The position numbers and the translations under genes were made by a program. The notes under the pieces are model-generated. The model was given only the letters and a program-made list of their open reading frames with translations. It made no database searches and was not told the DNA's origin. Of a stretch of DNA of 64,000 nucleotides, positions 25,560-39,107 are shown in pieces; position 1 is the first letter of the stretch, and each line of letters opens with the position of its first letter. Location of the stretch: the NCBI RefSeq assembly GCF_009914755.1, contig NC_060930.1. One strand, 5' to 3'. This DNA is from the human T2T-CHM13v2.0 reference genome, Homo sapiens.

Positions 25560-27825
25560 CTAAGCACATACATATGAATTAGAAGAAATTTGCCTGTAGC
25601 AAACCTTGCCACTCTGCCCATGAACATTAAGTTTTCTTATAATAACATCATTAGCCCTATACCTTTGTCTATCCAATCTATTCTAAAAACATGCTTTCAA
25701 TTCCAGGAGCAGCCTTCATCTTGCCAAAGTCAACAGTCACTACTTTGCCTTCATATCATTCAATCTCTCATCAACACAGATGGCCACTGCTTTTTCCCAA
25801 AACACCTTCCAGTCTTAGATTTCACAACACAACATGTCTCTGACTGTTCTTAAATACCACAGGCACTTCTGCGACAATTCCCTTTCTGAAATCCTTCTGC
25901 TATGACTGACCTTTAAATGTTAGGTTAAGCCATAGTTTCAGTTTTAGTTTCTTTAATATCTATATCATTTCTCTGTGATCATAGCTTTAAATATTATTTA
26001 TATTTAGCTGACTCATAATTATTTACCCCCATATTTATGTTTACCTTGAGGCTAAGATTTAAATATTCAGTTGTCTATTGAAAACAAAAATAAAATTCTG
26101 AGCCCCCGCAAATGATTGATGAACAGCAAGGGTACTCCAAAGTCCGCAAATGATTGATGAACAGCAAGGGTACTCCAAAGTAAACCTGAAAAGCTAGTTC
26201 AGGCCGTGATGGGAAGGGAGGGGTGGGGCACACTCATTATATCCTCCCCCTTTAGAATTCAGGCACAATTGAACAACATTAATGTTAAAACAGAGATCTC
26301 AAGACTGACAAATCAGATACTTGTAGCAATGAGATACCAAATTCCAATCTGACTCTAGTATAGTATCACATGACAGATAGCAGGCCCTGAAGGAAACTGA
26401 CTTATTTTTATTTTACGCCAAAATATGTTTATTTAACATATTTTGTAATGGCCCTGAAAAGCTATCGCTTGTGGGGAAAATCTACATTCTGTAAAGAATC
26501 CCCTTCCCTTTTCCCTGATGCAGGAGAGAGTTAACTAAACGACTCGCACATCATTAGGTCTGATAAGGGCTCTGAAGCCTACTACCTGGAGGCTTTATCT
26601 GCATAAGGAATCCCTTATCTTAACCCAGACACTCCCTTCTATTGATCCCTGGTCTTTAGATAACAACTTAGTCTTTTAATCAATTGCCAATCAGAAAAGC
26701 TTTGAATTCATCTATTAAGTGGAAGCCCCTGCTTCAAGTTGTCTCACCTTTCAGGACTGAACCAAAGTACACCTCTTACATGTATTGATTGATGTCTGCT
26801 TGTAACTTTTGTCCACTTAGAATGTATAAAGTCAAACTGTAAACCAACCACCTTGGGTACATGTTCTCAGGACCTCCTGAGGCCGTGTCATGGGCCATGG
26901 TCCTTACATTTGGCTCAGAATAAATGTCTTCAATTATTTTACAGAGTTTGACTCTTTTTATCAATTCTTACTACACATTTCATTTAGCTGAATATTAGTC
27001 ACCTCAGATTTGACATGTTGACTACAGGGCATTTTATGCATCCCATTTAATATCCCAAACCTATAAGTATACACTTTTCTGGCTTCCTTGTATAGTAAAT
27101 GGAACTAACTGAAAGATGTGGTAAAACATCGGAGAGCGGTCTTTAATTAATCTCTTCTTCCTTTCCTAAATCTAACTAATCTATAAATACTATTGACTTG
27201 ATTTCCAAAATATATCTTAAATATATATGTTTCTCTTCATCTCTCTACTGTCAATCGCCTGTTTCATCTCATTGTGAAATGCTGAAGTTCCCGCTTTATA
27301 CTTATGCATCTCCATACTTGACACCTACCATCTATTCTTCAAAGAATGAACAGAATAGTCTCAAAAAGTAAGTTGAATCAAATCACTCCCTTGCTTAAAA
27401 ACTTCCTCAAATTTAGAATCAAATCCAGACTCCCTTGGCTCACAAAATCCTATATACTTTGTTTGGATATCAATTTAATATTATCTTCCAAATCTCTCCC
27501 CATTCTCTTCATCTTCCAGTCACACTGGCTTTCTTCCTGTTCCTTAAATGTGCTAAGAAGGTTTCTGTCTCAGTGTCCTTGCACTCATTGTTCCTTCAAC
27601 CTGGAATTCTTTTATTCAGACTCTCCATGTTCAATTTTCAGTCCTAATTTCACCTCCCCAGAGAGTCTCTCTCTGCCTTACCTACCTATGTTAGCCAGAC
27701 CCTCACAATATACCTGCCATGAAAGAAGGAGCCCTGCCTGCGTAGACTGTTGCTTAGGATTGTGTTGGGCATCTAACTTTTACTTAATAAACAGTGGTTG
27801 ATTCAATAAAGATGTTAAATGAAAG
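25560..27825 (+). mobile_element. L2 (degenerate), split by a MER4-group LTR
   Basis: atcactcccttgcttaaaaacttc...ttcttcctgttccttaaatgtgct...ttcaataaagatgttaaatgaa. Confidence 0.65.
26079..26966 (+). mobile_element. MER4-group (MER4D/E-like) solo LTR
   Basis: tgaaaacaaaaataaaattctgagcccc...tagttcaggccgtgatgggaag...ggctcagaataaatgtcttcaattattttacagagtttgactctt. Confidence 0.85.
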
Positions 27826-28819
27826 CTTTCAGAAAGTATTCAGAATGTATTCACACTGATTTAAGAAACATTTTAAATTTGTTATTAAATTTTTAACATT
27901 AAGAAATAGAAATTATTTTAAAAAATTTGCTACTAAGAATTTGAAGTGCCCTTCATCAGATGGTGGCAGGATTTGAGAGGTATGCCGTAAGACATACTGG
28001 GTCCTTAAATAATATTCATAAGTAATTCCTTCTAAGGTTCGTGACAAAAATATCCAAGGAAATTGCACTTGCATTTTCAATCATTTTCATTTTCCAATTT
28101 GCTTCCATTTTTAATGGTATTTTATTTGTTCATAAGTGATTCACATTTAATTTATCAAATTGGGATAAAAAAATGACACCAAAGGAAACAGCCTATAATA
28201 TTAAAACAAAAATGAATTTAGAAGTATTTGTATCTCCATGCTTTTAAACATATTTTAAATACATTCTATCAAGTATGGGAGTTACAGTTAATCTGAATTA
28301 TAGAGTTATAATTCCACTGATGAATTCTTGAGGTACAAAACCATTGGTCATATCGTATAGATTTTAATATGAAACTCTTTTCACAGTTAGAGGAGTTCCA
28401 CTTGAAAATTGTGAAGACAGGTTGTGAATTAATAGTCATAAAATGCATTGTTCTATGAACCCCATATTGAATTAATAAAAGAAATATGAGTCAGGCTAGT
28501 GAGAGAGGAAGGTATATTTTCTGGTTTAATGAAAGAATATATTAGCACCATATTTTAGAATTAGAAATGAATGCTATAATTTTCTTTAAGCTATAATAGT
28601 CATATTTAAAGAAAATATTTTTACTCAAATAAGTAGGAGCTGAGGCAGATAAAATATTTTGGTGTTACAAATTCTAGGAAGTGAGCAGCTACCAGAGACA
28701 GATGGACAGTCTATTTTAGTTTTACTCATCGTACCAATGTCACATACAAGTAATTTTAAACTAAACTTTTGGTATTCTCTCGGTAGAATCTTCAAAGAGA
28801 CATGAATTGAAGGATTATT

Positions 28820-29020
28820 TGATTCAGTCTCTCAATTTTTTTATGTGAGGATATTTAGTCTGAAATAAGTCAAATGACAAATAGCATTGGATTGGTGAAT
28901 AGGCTACTTAAGACTGAATGTGACCTTTTGCAAATTGCTTAACCTCCTTCCTTAAACTTGGTTCCTCATCTGTAAAGGGGGAACATTTTGTTGCAGATCA
29001 TTTTGTAAGTAAATAAGGTT
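28820..29020. mobile_element. MIR fragments
   Basis: tgtgaccttttgcaaattgcttaacctc...ttcctcatctgtaaa core. Confidence 0.6.
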
Positions 29021-29509
29021 ATATATATATGTATATACATATATATATATAACTAGATATATATAACTAGTTTTTCTATATAATTAATATATATTCATTC
29101 TACATTATAGCAATACCTTTCTGTCCATTTAGTTTTTAAATCTTCATTTTTTATTTTGTTGGCAGGCTTATTTTCTATTTTCTTTTAGTTATCTACCTTT
29201 AGAAAAGACAAACTAAGTCTTATCTAGAAAAAGTGGACATCAAATTATTAAACAGCATCAAAACAAAAGCCACAATACTATAAAAAGAATTGGGCTAAAT
29301 ACATATATTTTTAATTTTCTTTTACTTGTATTTAATTCTTATTTTTATATTTTTATAATTACATAATTTCACAGAGAAAAATATTTTAATATTGTTTCAA
29401 GGCAATAAAGAGTTTCTGTATACTGAGTAGAGATGAGAGGTGTTATGCATGAAAGTCATGATTTTTTCATGGGTTACTGTCTTGAAAAATGTTTCCCACG
29501 GAAAAATGT

Positions 29510-30245
29510 TTACCAACATTAACAATTGGGGGAATGTAAATTAAAACCACAATGTGATACCATTACATTTCCATTAGAATGTCTTAAGATTGAATAGACT
29601 GATCAGAATGTGAAGATATTAGAGCACTTACACACTTCTGGTGGAAATGTAAAATGGTACGACCCATTGGAGAAAATGTTGGCAATTTCTCAAAGTGTTA
29701 AACATTCATCTATCATATAGTTCAGCCAATATTCTCTTAGATATTTACATGGAAAACATGAAAGCACATGTCTATACCAAAACTTGTAACAGCCTCTAAC
29801 TGAAAATAACCCAAATGTTCATCAGTAGGTGAACGGATGAACAAATTATGAGATATCTACACAGTACTCAGATAGAAAATGATTCAACTATTGATACACA
29901 TATCAACATGGAGAAACTACCATGTAATTATGCTGGATAAAAGGAGCCAGATAAAAGAAAACATGCTGTAATATTACATTCATATAAAATTCTAAAACAT
30001 GCAAATAAATCAATGTTAGTAGAAAACAGATCAGCATTTGCCTAGGTATGCAGATAGTGGAAATAGGGAAAGTTTTGGAAAGGAGGAAATCCAGAAAAGC
30101 ATACGAAAACTTTTAGGGGTTATTGATATATTCACTTTATTGATTGTGATGGTGGTTTCACAGATATATATGTCAAAACATCAATTATACACTTTATGTG
30201 TGGTTTATCATATGTCAATTACACCTCAATAAACTTGTTAAAAAT
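29510..30245 (+). mobile_element. L1ME/MD-like 3' end
   Basis: aaattaaaaccacaatgtgatacca...ggtggaaatgtaaaatggtac...caattacacctcaataaa. Confidence 0.85.
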
Positions 30246-30521
30246 CAAATTGAAAAAGTAGATATAAAGGCAGCACGCAGTAAAATTGCAGAAGGAAAAT
30301 AAAATTTAGAATATATTTGAAAAATTTATTTTAAATATCTTAACTATTTTAAACAGGGTTTCAATAGGGACCATTGTTTAGTACTTTATACTCATTCATA
30401 CCTTTATTAATATTTTTCCTCTCTCACCCAACCATACTAATTTATTATTTAAATTAACATCTTTAATAAAACACACAATTTTGAAATGCAGTAATTTCAC
30501 AGTTAAAGATGTCATCCTCCT

Positions 30522-30845
30522 CATGGATGGAGATGGAAGCCATTATCCTCAGCAAACTAACGCAGGAACAGAAAACCAAACATTATATGTTCTCACTTAA
30601 AAGTGAGGAGCTGAACAATGTGAACACATAGACACAGGTAGGGGAACAACACATTGTGGTGGGGTGAAGGAGAACATCAGGATTAATAGCTAATGCATGT
30701 TGGGCTTAAAACCAAGGTGATGCATTGACAGGTGCAGCAAACCATCATGGCACACGTTTACCTATGTAACAAACCTGCACATCCTGCACATGTGCTCTGG
30801 AAGTTAACATTTAGAACAAAATTAAAAATAAAAATAATTTTAAAA
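30522..30845 (+). mobile_element. L1PA (older subfamily) 5'-truncated 3' end
   Basis: gccattatcctcagcaaactaacgcaggaacagaaaaccaaac...acacgtttacctatgtaacaaacctgcacatcctgcacatg, A-rich tail. Confidence 0.92.
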
Positions 30846-31049
30846 GAGTGAGTTGTGAATACAGAGTAACCACAAAGTCCCTATGTTTGAGATTGTCTCC
30901 TCTGCTAATAATTAGCAATGAAATCTATCAGAGACTGATTTAATGTCAGTCTCTGATAGACGTACATTAAAAAGAAAGTCATCCTCCTAATAAGCCAGAT
31001 TCCTTTTATTTTGACTTGTATCAATTAACATATTCATGTTCTTCTGGAC

Positions 31050-31650
31050 ACCAGAATTAATGTCCTTCCTTTTCTATAGATACATCTGAAAACAGTTGAA
31101 GGAGGCTATTAAATATTCCTGATAACATCCCTTTTATGATAAAAATTATACCCAGTTTATTCTGTCATTTTTGAGACATATTATTCTACCCTCTTCATCT
31201 GATTCAGGATTCCCTTGAGTTTATTAGTGTCACTCTTAAAATATGGAACCCCAAACTGGAAGCAATGATCTGGATTTAATATGATCAACAGAGAGCACAC
31301 AGAGACTATAATCTCCTTTGTTCTGAACCCTACAACAGCCAAAGATTGGATTACCGTTTTTAGCAACAGAGTCATGCTGTCAGCAACTATTGAACTTGAA
31401 GTTAAGTAAAAGTTCAAGTTTTTCTTATTTCAGTAGCACAGCTGTAAATTCTATTTTCTACTTTTTTATTTATATAAAGCCAAGTGTTCGAACCAAAGTG
31501 TAAGAATTTGTATTTGCTCCTGTGAAATCACATCTTGTTTTATTCTTCTTGTTTCTGCCTATTGAGATCATTTTGAATCCAATCTTTTCATCAACTATAT
31601 TTATAGTTCATCTTAGCTTTGGGTAATTCACAAATCTCATACACAACATT
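31050..31650 (-). mobile_element. L3/CR1 LINE fragment
   Basis: Minus ORF DHCFQFGVPYFKSDTNKLKGI resembles CR1 RT C-terminus EYCVQFWAPHFKKDIDKLE. Confidence 0.75.
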
Positions 31651-32479
31651 TTATTTTATGTGCTTTCCTTCAGCCTTATATTCCCCTCTAGCTACCAATT
31701 CACCTTTCACCTTCACTTCACAATTACAGTAGACCTATGTTATTTACCGCCCAAGGTACATTTCCTTAAGAAATCATTTATTCTCTTTTGTGGAACTGGC
31801 AATTTCAGCACACCACTCTTCCTTCACTAAAGAAAACGTGATCTGTACTGGTCAATTTGAATCTTCTATTTCCAAGGCTGCTGTGATTTGTTCATGAATT
31901 GGAATATTACCTGCACTGGGTCAATCAGTATCCTCTGCAAGACTTATACACTAAATTAAACATAAAAGACACATTTAAGTCACAATACTGGGAGAATGTG
32001 ATTATCCTATTAAGAAAAAATGATGGAAAACTGTTGAGATTAGGATAGCAAAAAACCAACTCACAGTCATAGGCAGTTGAAGGGAAGACGAGAATTGTAA
32101 CAAATTGTATTAACCTCTGAATCCAACCATAACTAAAGCCACTATCATGCCTCAACCTCCTGAAAATATTAGCTAATTAATTATGTTTTTGTATAAACTA
32201 CTTTGGGTTGAATGTTATATAACCTCACTTTTCACTCTTGTTAATTCTTAATAATAACAGTGCTATATTTTTATTGTAGGAAAATTACAAAGTATAGCAA
32301 AGCAAAATTTACCTATATGAAGATATCTAACACTATATTGTAGATAAAGCCTGTATATGAACAATTACTTTTTATTCATTAACTCCACTCTATGGAGAGT
32401 CAAATGTATGTTGGACGTAGCATATAATGTCAGTAGTATAGTTCTGCTCTTCTGAAATCTAAGATTCCAGGCACGCTTT

Positions 32480-32816
32480 GCACAGATTGAATTCATATTT
32501 TTGTAATTCATTACACAAGTAATCTCTTCATTCCTTTCTTTCCATCTAAAAACTAAGTAACAAATACTTGAAATCCATCACATCCTAATTATTATACCAT
32601 CGTCTATGCTCTTGAGATTATTGGTGTTTGTATTATATGATGGAAATATTATATGGTTGCATGCTTTTGTGCATGTCCTCTGAACTCTCATTCAGTTACT
32701 TCATGATAAATGACATCAACCACGTTGGGAATATTTACACCACAGACACTGGAAACCACTACAATTCAAGCCTTTCTCCACACACCTGGTTATCAATAAT
32801 TTATCAGCACACCAAG
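32480..32816. mobile_element. MER63-like hAT-Blackjack fossil
   Basis: gggaatatttacaccacaga...actacaattcaagc...tttatcagcacacca terminal motif. Confidence 0.65.
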
Positions 32817-32839
32817 CAGTAGAGCAATAGAAATAGAAA

Positions 32840-33010
32840 GCAAAGCATGCCACCATTTGGTCCTTATATGTTAAGTATATTAACTCATTTAAATCTCACA
32901 ATGACACTATGAGCTAAGAACTATTTTTATCCTCATTTAACAGGTGAAAAAACTAAGCAAAAAGAGGCTAAATAACTCCTTTGATATCACACAAGTAGAA
33001 AGTTGCAAAC
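32840..33010 (-). mobile_element. MIR
   Basis: ctcatttaaatctcacaatgacactatgag...cctcatttaacaggtgaaaaaactaagc. Confidence 0.7.
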
Positions 33011-33327
33011 ATGTCACATAAAAAGTCTCATCTCTGTCATTCCTTAGCATATACAAGAACATTTATGACCCATACTAAGGGTGAGTCACAAGAATGATAT
33101 TTTATGTTTGTAAAGGGCTGGGCAATGATTTCTCCAGTTTAAATATTTGAAAGGACTTGCCAGACTCCATAGAGCATACTCATGAAAGGCTTTCATTTTC
33201 TTCCTTTTCTAGCTTGAACATTCTTAAAGTGAGAAACAACAAGCAAAAAATCCTTTAGAAATTATCTCTGGCTTCTAAAATCACAATCCTATAACAATTT
33301 AAGGTTTCCATGTCACTGAAATTTTCT

Positions 33328-33596
33328 ATTTTTTTTTTTTTTTGTTTGACAGGTGTCACACTGTCACCCAAGCTGGAGTGCAGTGGCCTGATCCTCCCAC
33401 CTTATCCTTCTGAGTAGCTGGGACTACAGGCATGCACCACTATACTGAGCTAGTTTTTATTATTATTACTGTTATTTTTGGTAGAGACAGGGTCTTGCCA
33501 TGTTGTCCAGCTGGTCTTGAACTCCTGGGTTCAAGAAATCTGCCCATCTAGTCCTCCTAAAATGCTGGGATTACAGGTGTGAGCCACTGCGTGCCT
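33328..33596 (-). mobile_element. AluJ with internal deletion
   Basis: Poly-T, then antisense Alu; TSD tgaaattttc. Confidence 0.9.
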
Positions 33597-33804
33597 GAAA
33601 TTTTCAGTATATTTTCATGCCACTTCTTGGTAAGCATTGTCTTTGTTATTCAATACCCACTTCACTTTAAATTTAAATTTTATTCCTTTTTTTTTTTTTT
33701 ACAATATAATTACTTCATGGAGCTAATTGTTCATTATTACTTTGGGTATATTCCATTTCCTATTTTTCTTCTTCATTGAAATTATCCAGAATTAAACAGT
33801 CAGA

Positions 33805-34120
33805 GGTGGGCGCAGTGGCTCATGCCTATGATCCCAGCACTTTGGGAGATCAAAGCAGGCAGATCACCTGAGGTCAGGATTTCAAGACCAGCCTGGCCAA
33901 CATGGAGAAACCCCATCTCTATTAAAAATACAAAATTAGCCAGGCATGGTGACACATGTACATAATCCCAGCTATTCAGGAGGCTGAATCAGGAGAATCG
34001 CTTGAACCTGGGAGGTGGGGGTTGTAGTGAGCCAAGGTCATGCCACTGCACTCCAGCCTGGGTGACAGAGCAAGACTCCATCTCAAAAAGATAAATAAAT
34101 AAAAATTAAAAAATAAAAAT
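33805..34120 (+). mobile_element. AluS (Sx/Sz-like)
   Basis: gatcacctgaggtcagga; TSD taaacagtcaga on both sides. Confidence 0.95.
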
Positions 34121-35039
34121 AAACAGTCAGATTTGGTTTTGTTTATGGTGGGTTTTTTGGTGGAATTAGCTTGATGCTTGCGTCATAGTCCTTCTTACCT
34201 CTGCCATAAGACCATGGTTTCCTTTTCTTGAAATATTTAAAAACCCTTTCCTAAAGTCTTTGGTTCTTATGGTACTGTAGCCCAATATTTTTTCTTTGAT
34301 TTTGTAAATATTAAGATAGCATTATTCTTTCCTTCTGTGGGTAACTGTTGTTTCTATAAACAATTTTCTATTTGTATTTCTATAAGCCTATATTTTCTTT
34401 CTTAGTAAAACTAAACTTCAAAGTAATAATTTTAATTATTGCTTTTATATGCTTGAAAATTATCAAGTCAAATGATTAAATCCTTTATTACATATCTTAC
34501 ATTTTGCCTATGTTTTTACTTCATGTAGATACCACTTCATAGGTGCATAAATATAAAATATAGTCAGATAATGATGAAAGAGTCAATCAGTCATGAACTT
34601 GAGTACTGGATCTATCTTTTACTAGGTTTAAAAACTTCAGCTGAAGTTTTATTATGTAAAAAATTAATAAAGTTGCATTAGGGACTACATTACTTTGTAG
34701 CAACAGTACTCCTGAATAACATTGTAATAATGAAGCTCCTGACATGCCTGACACATATTAGGTACTCAAAAGTATTGGTTTATATACTTATAAAAATGTT
34801 TCTTAGCGTTAACTTGAAACATTTTTTGAACTCAAAAAGAAAGTAATTTAATTTAAATAAAAATTCAGTTTATTTTTTTCATAGCAATAACTGGGAGAGA
34901 TCTAGCCTTTAAAGATAACCAATAACCATGATTGTAATGTTGATCATGATAATAACATGCATACTCCCTAAATTATATAGCAAATTCTACTCATATCACG
35001 TAAACATGCTACTCATATCTGCAAATTTGGAGTGTGTAA

Positions 35040-35270
35040 ACTAGTCTCCTCATTTTACAAATGCAAAATGAGGCTCAGACTTTACATGTACGAATTGAAT
35101 ATTTCACATGTATTAATTCAGTTAATTCTCACCACAACAATGTGAGGTAGGTACTATTAGTACTTCCATTTTACAAATATGGCCCAGAAAATTATAACTT
35201 CCTTGAAACAGCATACCTGCTAAGTGACAGAACAACTGGCCCTGGAGGCTTCACTCTTAAGCACTACAAC
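35040..35270 (-). mobile_element. MIR fragments
   Basis: ttaattctcaccacaacaatgtgaggtaggtactattagtacttccattttacaaat. Confidence 0.65.
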
Positions 35271-36489
35271 AAGCAGTTCCTCATCTGTGCCTTATTGCTA
35301 GAAAACGATAATGTCAGAATAAAAAATGGGCAGGCTACTCTGTCTGATGTTCTTAACCACGACACCACCTTTATCTATGAATGCCCCAAAATTACCAGGC
35401 TTTCAGCAGAGATGCGTACTTTCTCTCTGGGAAATCACAGAAAATCACTGATCTGCTGCACACATTTTATTTAGCCTCAAAGTTTTAAGACTTTTGCATC
35501 ATATGTCTCATTTAAGTCATTTGGTCCTTTGCTATCTGAGATTTTACTTAAGTGATTCCCAAATTCCTACAAGTATCTATCTTCACTGTCTTCTTTATCA
35601 TCGTGATCGTAACAAGTATTTATTTAATTATCCTATATGGGACGTGCCATATGTGCACGGTGGACAGGCGTTTTATTCAGTTCTCTACACAAAACAATAA
35701 AGTACAGGTGTGTAGAAAGAGAAATAGAGAGGACCTAGGCCCTCAGTGACCCTGTATGGGACATGAAAAATACACAGTTTTTGTGGGTTCTAATCCAGTG
35801 GGAATAGACTGCAGGCAGAGAGGTTACAAGCACTGTATAGTGCCCTGGTGCTAGGGGTTATTTACCTACCTGGGCCACTGGTGAAGCAGATCATATTTTC
35901 TCTGTCATTTTATAGATAAGCTTCATAGGGCTCAGTGAGGTTAAGCAACTTGGCCGAGTTAAGCTAAGACATAATAAACCCAGGAATAAACCTGTTGTAC
36001 TCCCTGCAATCTACCAGGATCCATTCTCGCTCACTTACAGTAGACCAATTTAGGCTTAGCAGTTTGCTAAAGACTATGTCTGTATCTTCCATGTCAAAGC
36101 AAATGCAGAAAGGTATTTTGTAGCATATTTGATTGCATAGAACTTTTGTGAATTTCGTTTCGCTTGGGAAAGTTATGGTAGCTTTTAAAATTTTTTAAAT
36201 GCTGTCTTTATCAGTACTTGTTGGCATGCAATGCTGGTCACTATTAAGGATCTCAGTAAATTTGCACAGGAAGAAAAGAACCTGTTGGAAGCAATAAGTT
36301 CTAGACTTTAATTCTTCATTTTTTTAGTTCAATATTAATAGAAATTATTTGATAAATTACTATCCATTGACAGGAAAGGGAACCAAGGGCAGCTAAAGAA
36401 AACTCACCAGGAAGAAAGGCAGTTTTAGTCTAGACTGGTTTCCTGTACTCCATAGAAGTCTTCTAAAGGTTTGTGGGGTTTGGGAGTTG

Positions 36490-36995
36490 ATTGACTTTCT
36501 GAATAACGACTCATCCAAAAACTTAATGGCTTAAAGTAACAATCATTTGTTACTGCTCATAAATCTATGGTTTAGCTGGGTGGTTCTGCTGATCTGGGCC
36601 AGGCTTGACCGATCATGCTTGGGCCTGCTCACGTTTCTCTGATGGGTTGGCTGGAAACTGGCTCATCTTAAAGTCCTCACTTACTGTGAGGTATAGTGAT
36701 GAGGGTGACATGTCTCTTTTCATTCTGGTGGCTAGCAGGGTGTGTTTAAATGGCAATCTCAGGGTTCTAAGAAACTGAAAAGAAGAATGAAAGGCTTTCT
36801 GAGGCCAAAGTTTGAAACTGGTACCAGCATTACATGTACCATATTCTATTAATCAAGCAAGAGACAAGACCAAGGAAGATTCAAGGGGTAGAAAAATAAA
36901 CTCGTTTCTTGACGGAATAAGCTGTAAAGTCATACAGCAAAGGGGAGTAGATGATAGAAAGAAAGATGAAAATCTGTGCCTTTTATGGATCTATC
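36490..36995 (-). mobile_element. MLT1 (MLT1H-like) LTR
   Basis: aaacttaatggcttaaagtaacaatcattt...agctgggtggttctgctgatctggg...agctgtaaagtcataca. Confidence 0.7.
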
Positions 36996-39107
36996 TTGTC
37001 CTAGTGTGTGGGCATTGGAAACAACAGCTGAGCAGGTCAGTCTCGTTTAAAAAGCTGTAACTTTAGGAGCTGAAATGTGTGAAATACACTAAAATCTGTG
37101 AAAACTGACCTTACAGGGAGAGTTTTCATCAGTGCCCCAACGAAGCTTTGACAGAAGCAATGACAGTGAAACTGACCCTCCAGTTACCTCTTCACCTGAT
37201 ATTTGGCAGTGGAACTGACCTTTATTGACTGAAGAGTTCTCTGAGTTTGTAACTCAAGCCCCAGGCAGACTTCTTGAGAGAGATCTAAATAGATTGATAT
37301 AATTTGATACATGGATGCTACATCAATTTATTTGAAAACTAAAATGGATTAGCAATATTCATATCTCATGGTTGTTAACAGCTGCTTATATCAGAGATAC
37401 ATGTTTTGACATTTTGTGTCAGTGATTTCCCCTTAAAATTATATCTGAGTCTCATCCTCTCATTTTGTCTCGTTATATCCCCTGCCTTACTACATAGTTT
37501 ATTATCTTTTGATTCCTGCTTTAATGGTTTGTTTTTACGATTTTAACATAAACTTAAAAATATTATACTACAAATTTGACAAAATGCATTTAACTGTATG
37601 TAAGCTGATCAAACTTAAAATATAATTATCTACAGTCTTTTACCCAATCACAAAATGTGTGCTAAAAGAATACAATTGTTTTTAACTGAGGCCCAAAAGG
37701 ATTTTAAAAAATAAGTGAATTAACAGTTTCTAACACAGATAAAAAGCTAAAGTAATTTGCATGACTTCAGTACTTTATAGTTTGAATACTTTATAAATTA
37801 TTTTATGAAAGTAGTACATATTATGGAATATTTGGGAAAGGACAGAAAAATACAAAGAAGAAAATTAAAATTAACCAAACAAACAGAAAGCTGATGTTAA
37901 TATTTTGATGTGTTTCCTTAATATATTAGATAAAAAATATTTTATGATTTTTAAAAGAATTTGTATATGACAGAGAGAGTTAATGCTTACCCAGTGCTCC
38001 ATGTACCCCCTCTTGCATGCTCCTAGGACCACTTGCATGAGTGTGTGGAACATGCATCTGTTTCTGGATGAAAGACTGCATCACAAAGAACACGTAGCAC
38101 ATTTTGGTGCAGGTTTTTTGCTTCTCCTTTCTCAACCACTATGACCTTGGACACTATGGGCACCAGTGAGGGTAGCTCTAAGATGAAGGACTCTGACCTA
38201 TATCAAACTTTATGTGCATGAGTACTCAAAGATTTCAGCTCTGTGACTGAAATATAGCCAGTCCAACCATAACAAAGATCATTTAATGAAAATGTGATCA
38301 TTCTACATATTAATCTTGCATTCTTGCTTTTCTCACTGAACATTACATATGTGTGACATATATAATATAACTCACGTTAGTAAACATATTTAAAGTAATA
38401 AATAGCCATAAATAGTAAGTCATTCCAATCTACTATTTTTTCAAACACATTCATGTAATTCTATTATTGATCATATAAATGGATGCATTTCAAGTGCCAC
38501 ACAGCTTATATATTGATAGACTATGCAGTCACACTCTCTGAACATGGAAATTCATGCTTATTTTCTCCATTTTGCAGAATGACTATATTTTTAAATGCCA
38601 CCCAAGGATGGTCAAAGTGAGTTTCACGTGTACCACATAGACTTTTTTTATTAAGACAAACTATCCCAAGCATGATCTTCAGAATTTAGTTGAAAGATTT
38701 TTATCATTTTTGAGTAATGCTATAGCAGATGGACAAAAATATCTCTTTGTCTGGATTATTAGGTTAAGTTACAATCTTTTATATTCAGAGTGTAAAACAT
38801 TACATTTTAATTTACACACTAATGACAAATATTTCAATATCTTTTAAATTAAGATTTAAAATATAACATTCTTTCATCAAAAAGGAACTATGAAGCAAAG
38901 AAGAGTGAGTAGTTAATATTTAAGATGGATAATAAAAACAAATGCTTTTTCTTACTTTAAAGACTATGTTTTCAGTTATATATGGCAGTATCTATATTTT
39001 ACATAGTGTTTGTATATATTGGCATTTTAGCCAGTATTCAAGAAAATACGGTAATTTTAAATGTTCTTCTTTTTTTCCTTTGTAGCAGTGATCCATGAGT
39101 CTCCTAG

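Noticed and set aside
37960-38275. Possible old MLT1/LTR fragment (also ~32000-32225)
   Set aside because: Too degenerate to assign a family or boundaries by eye
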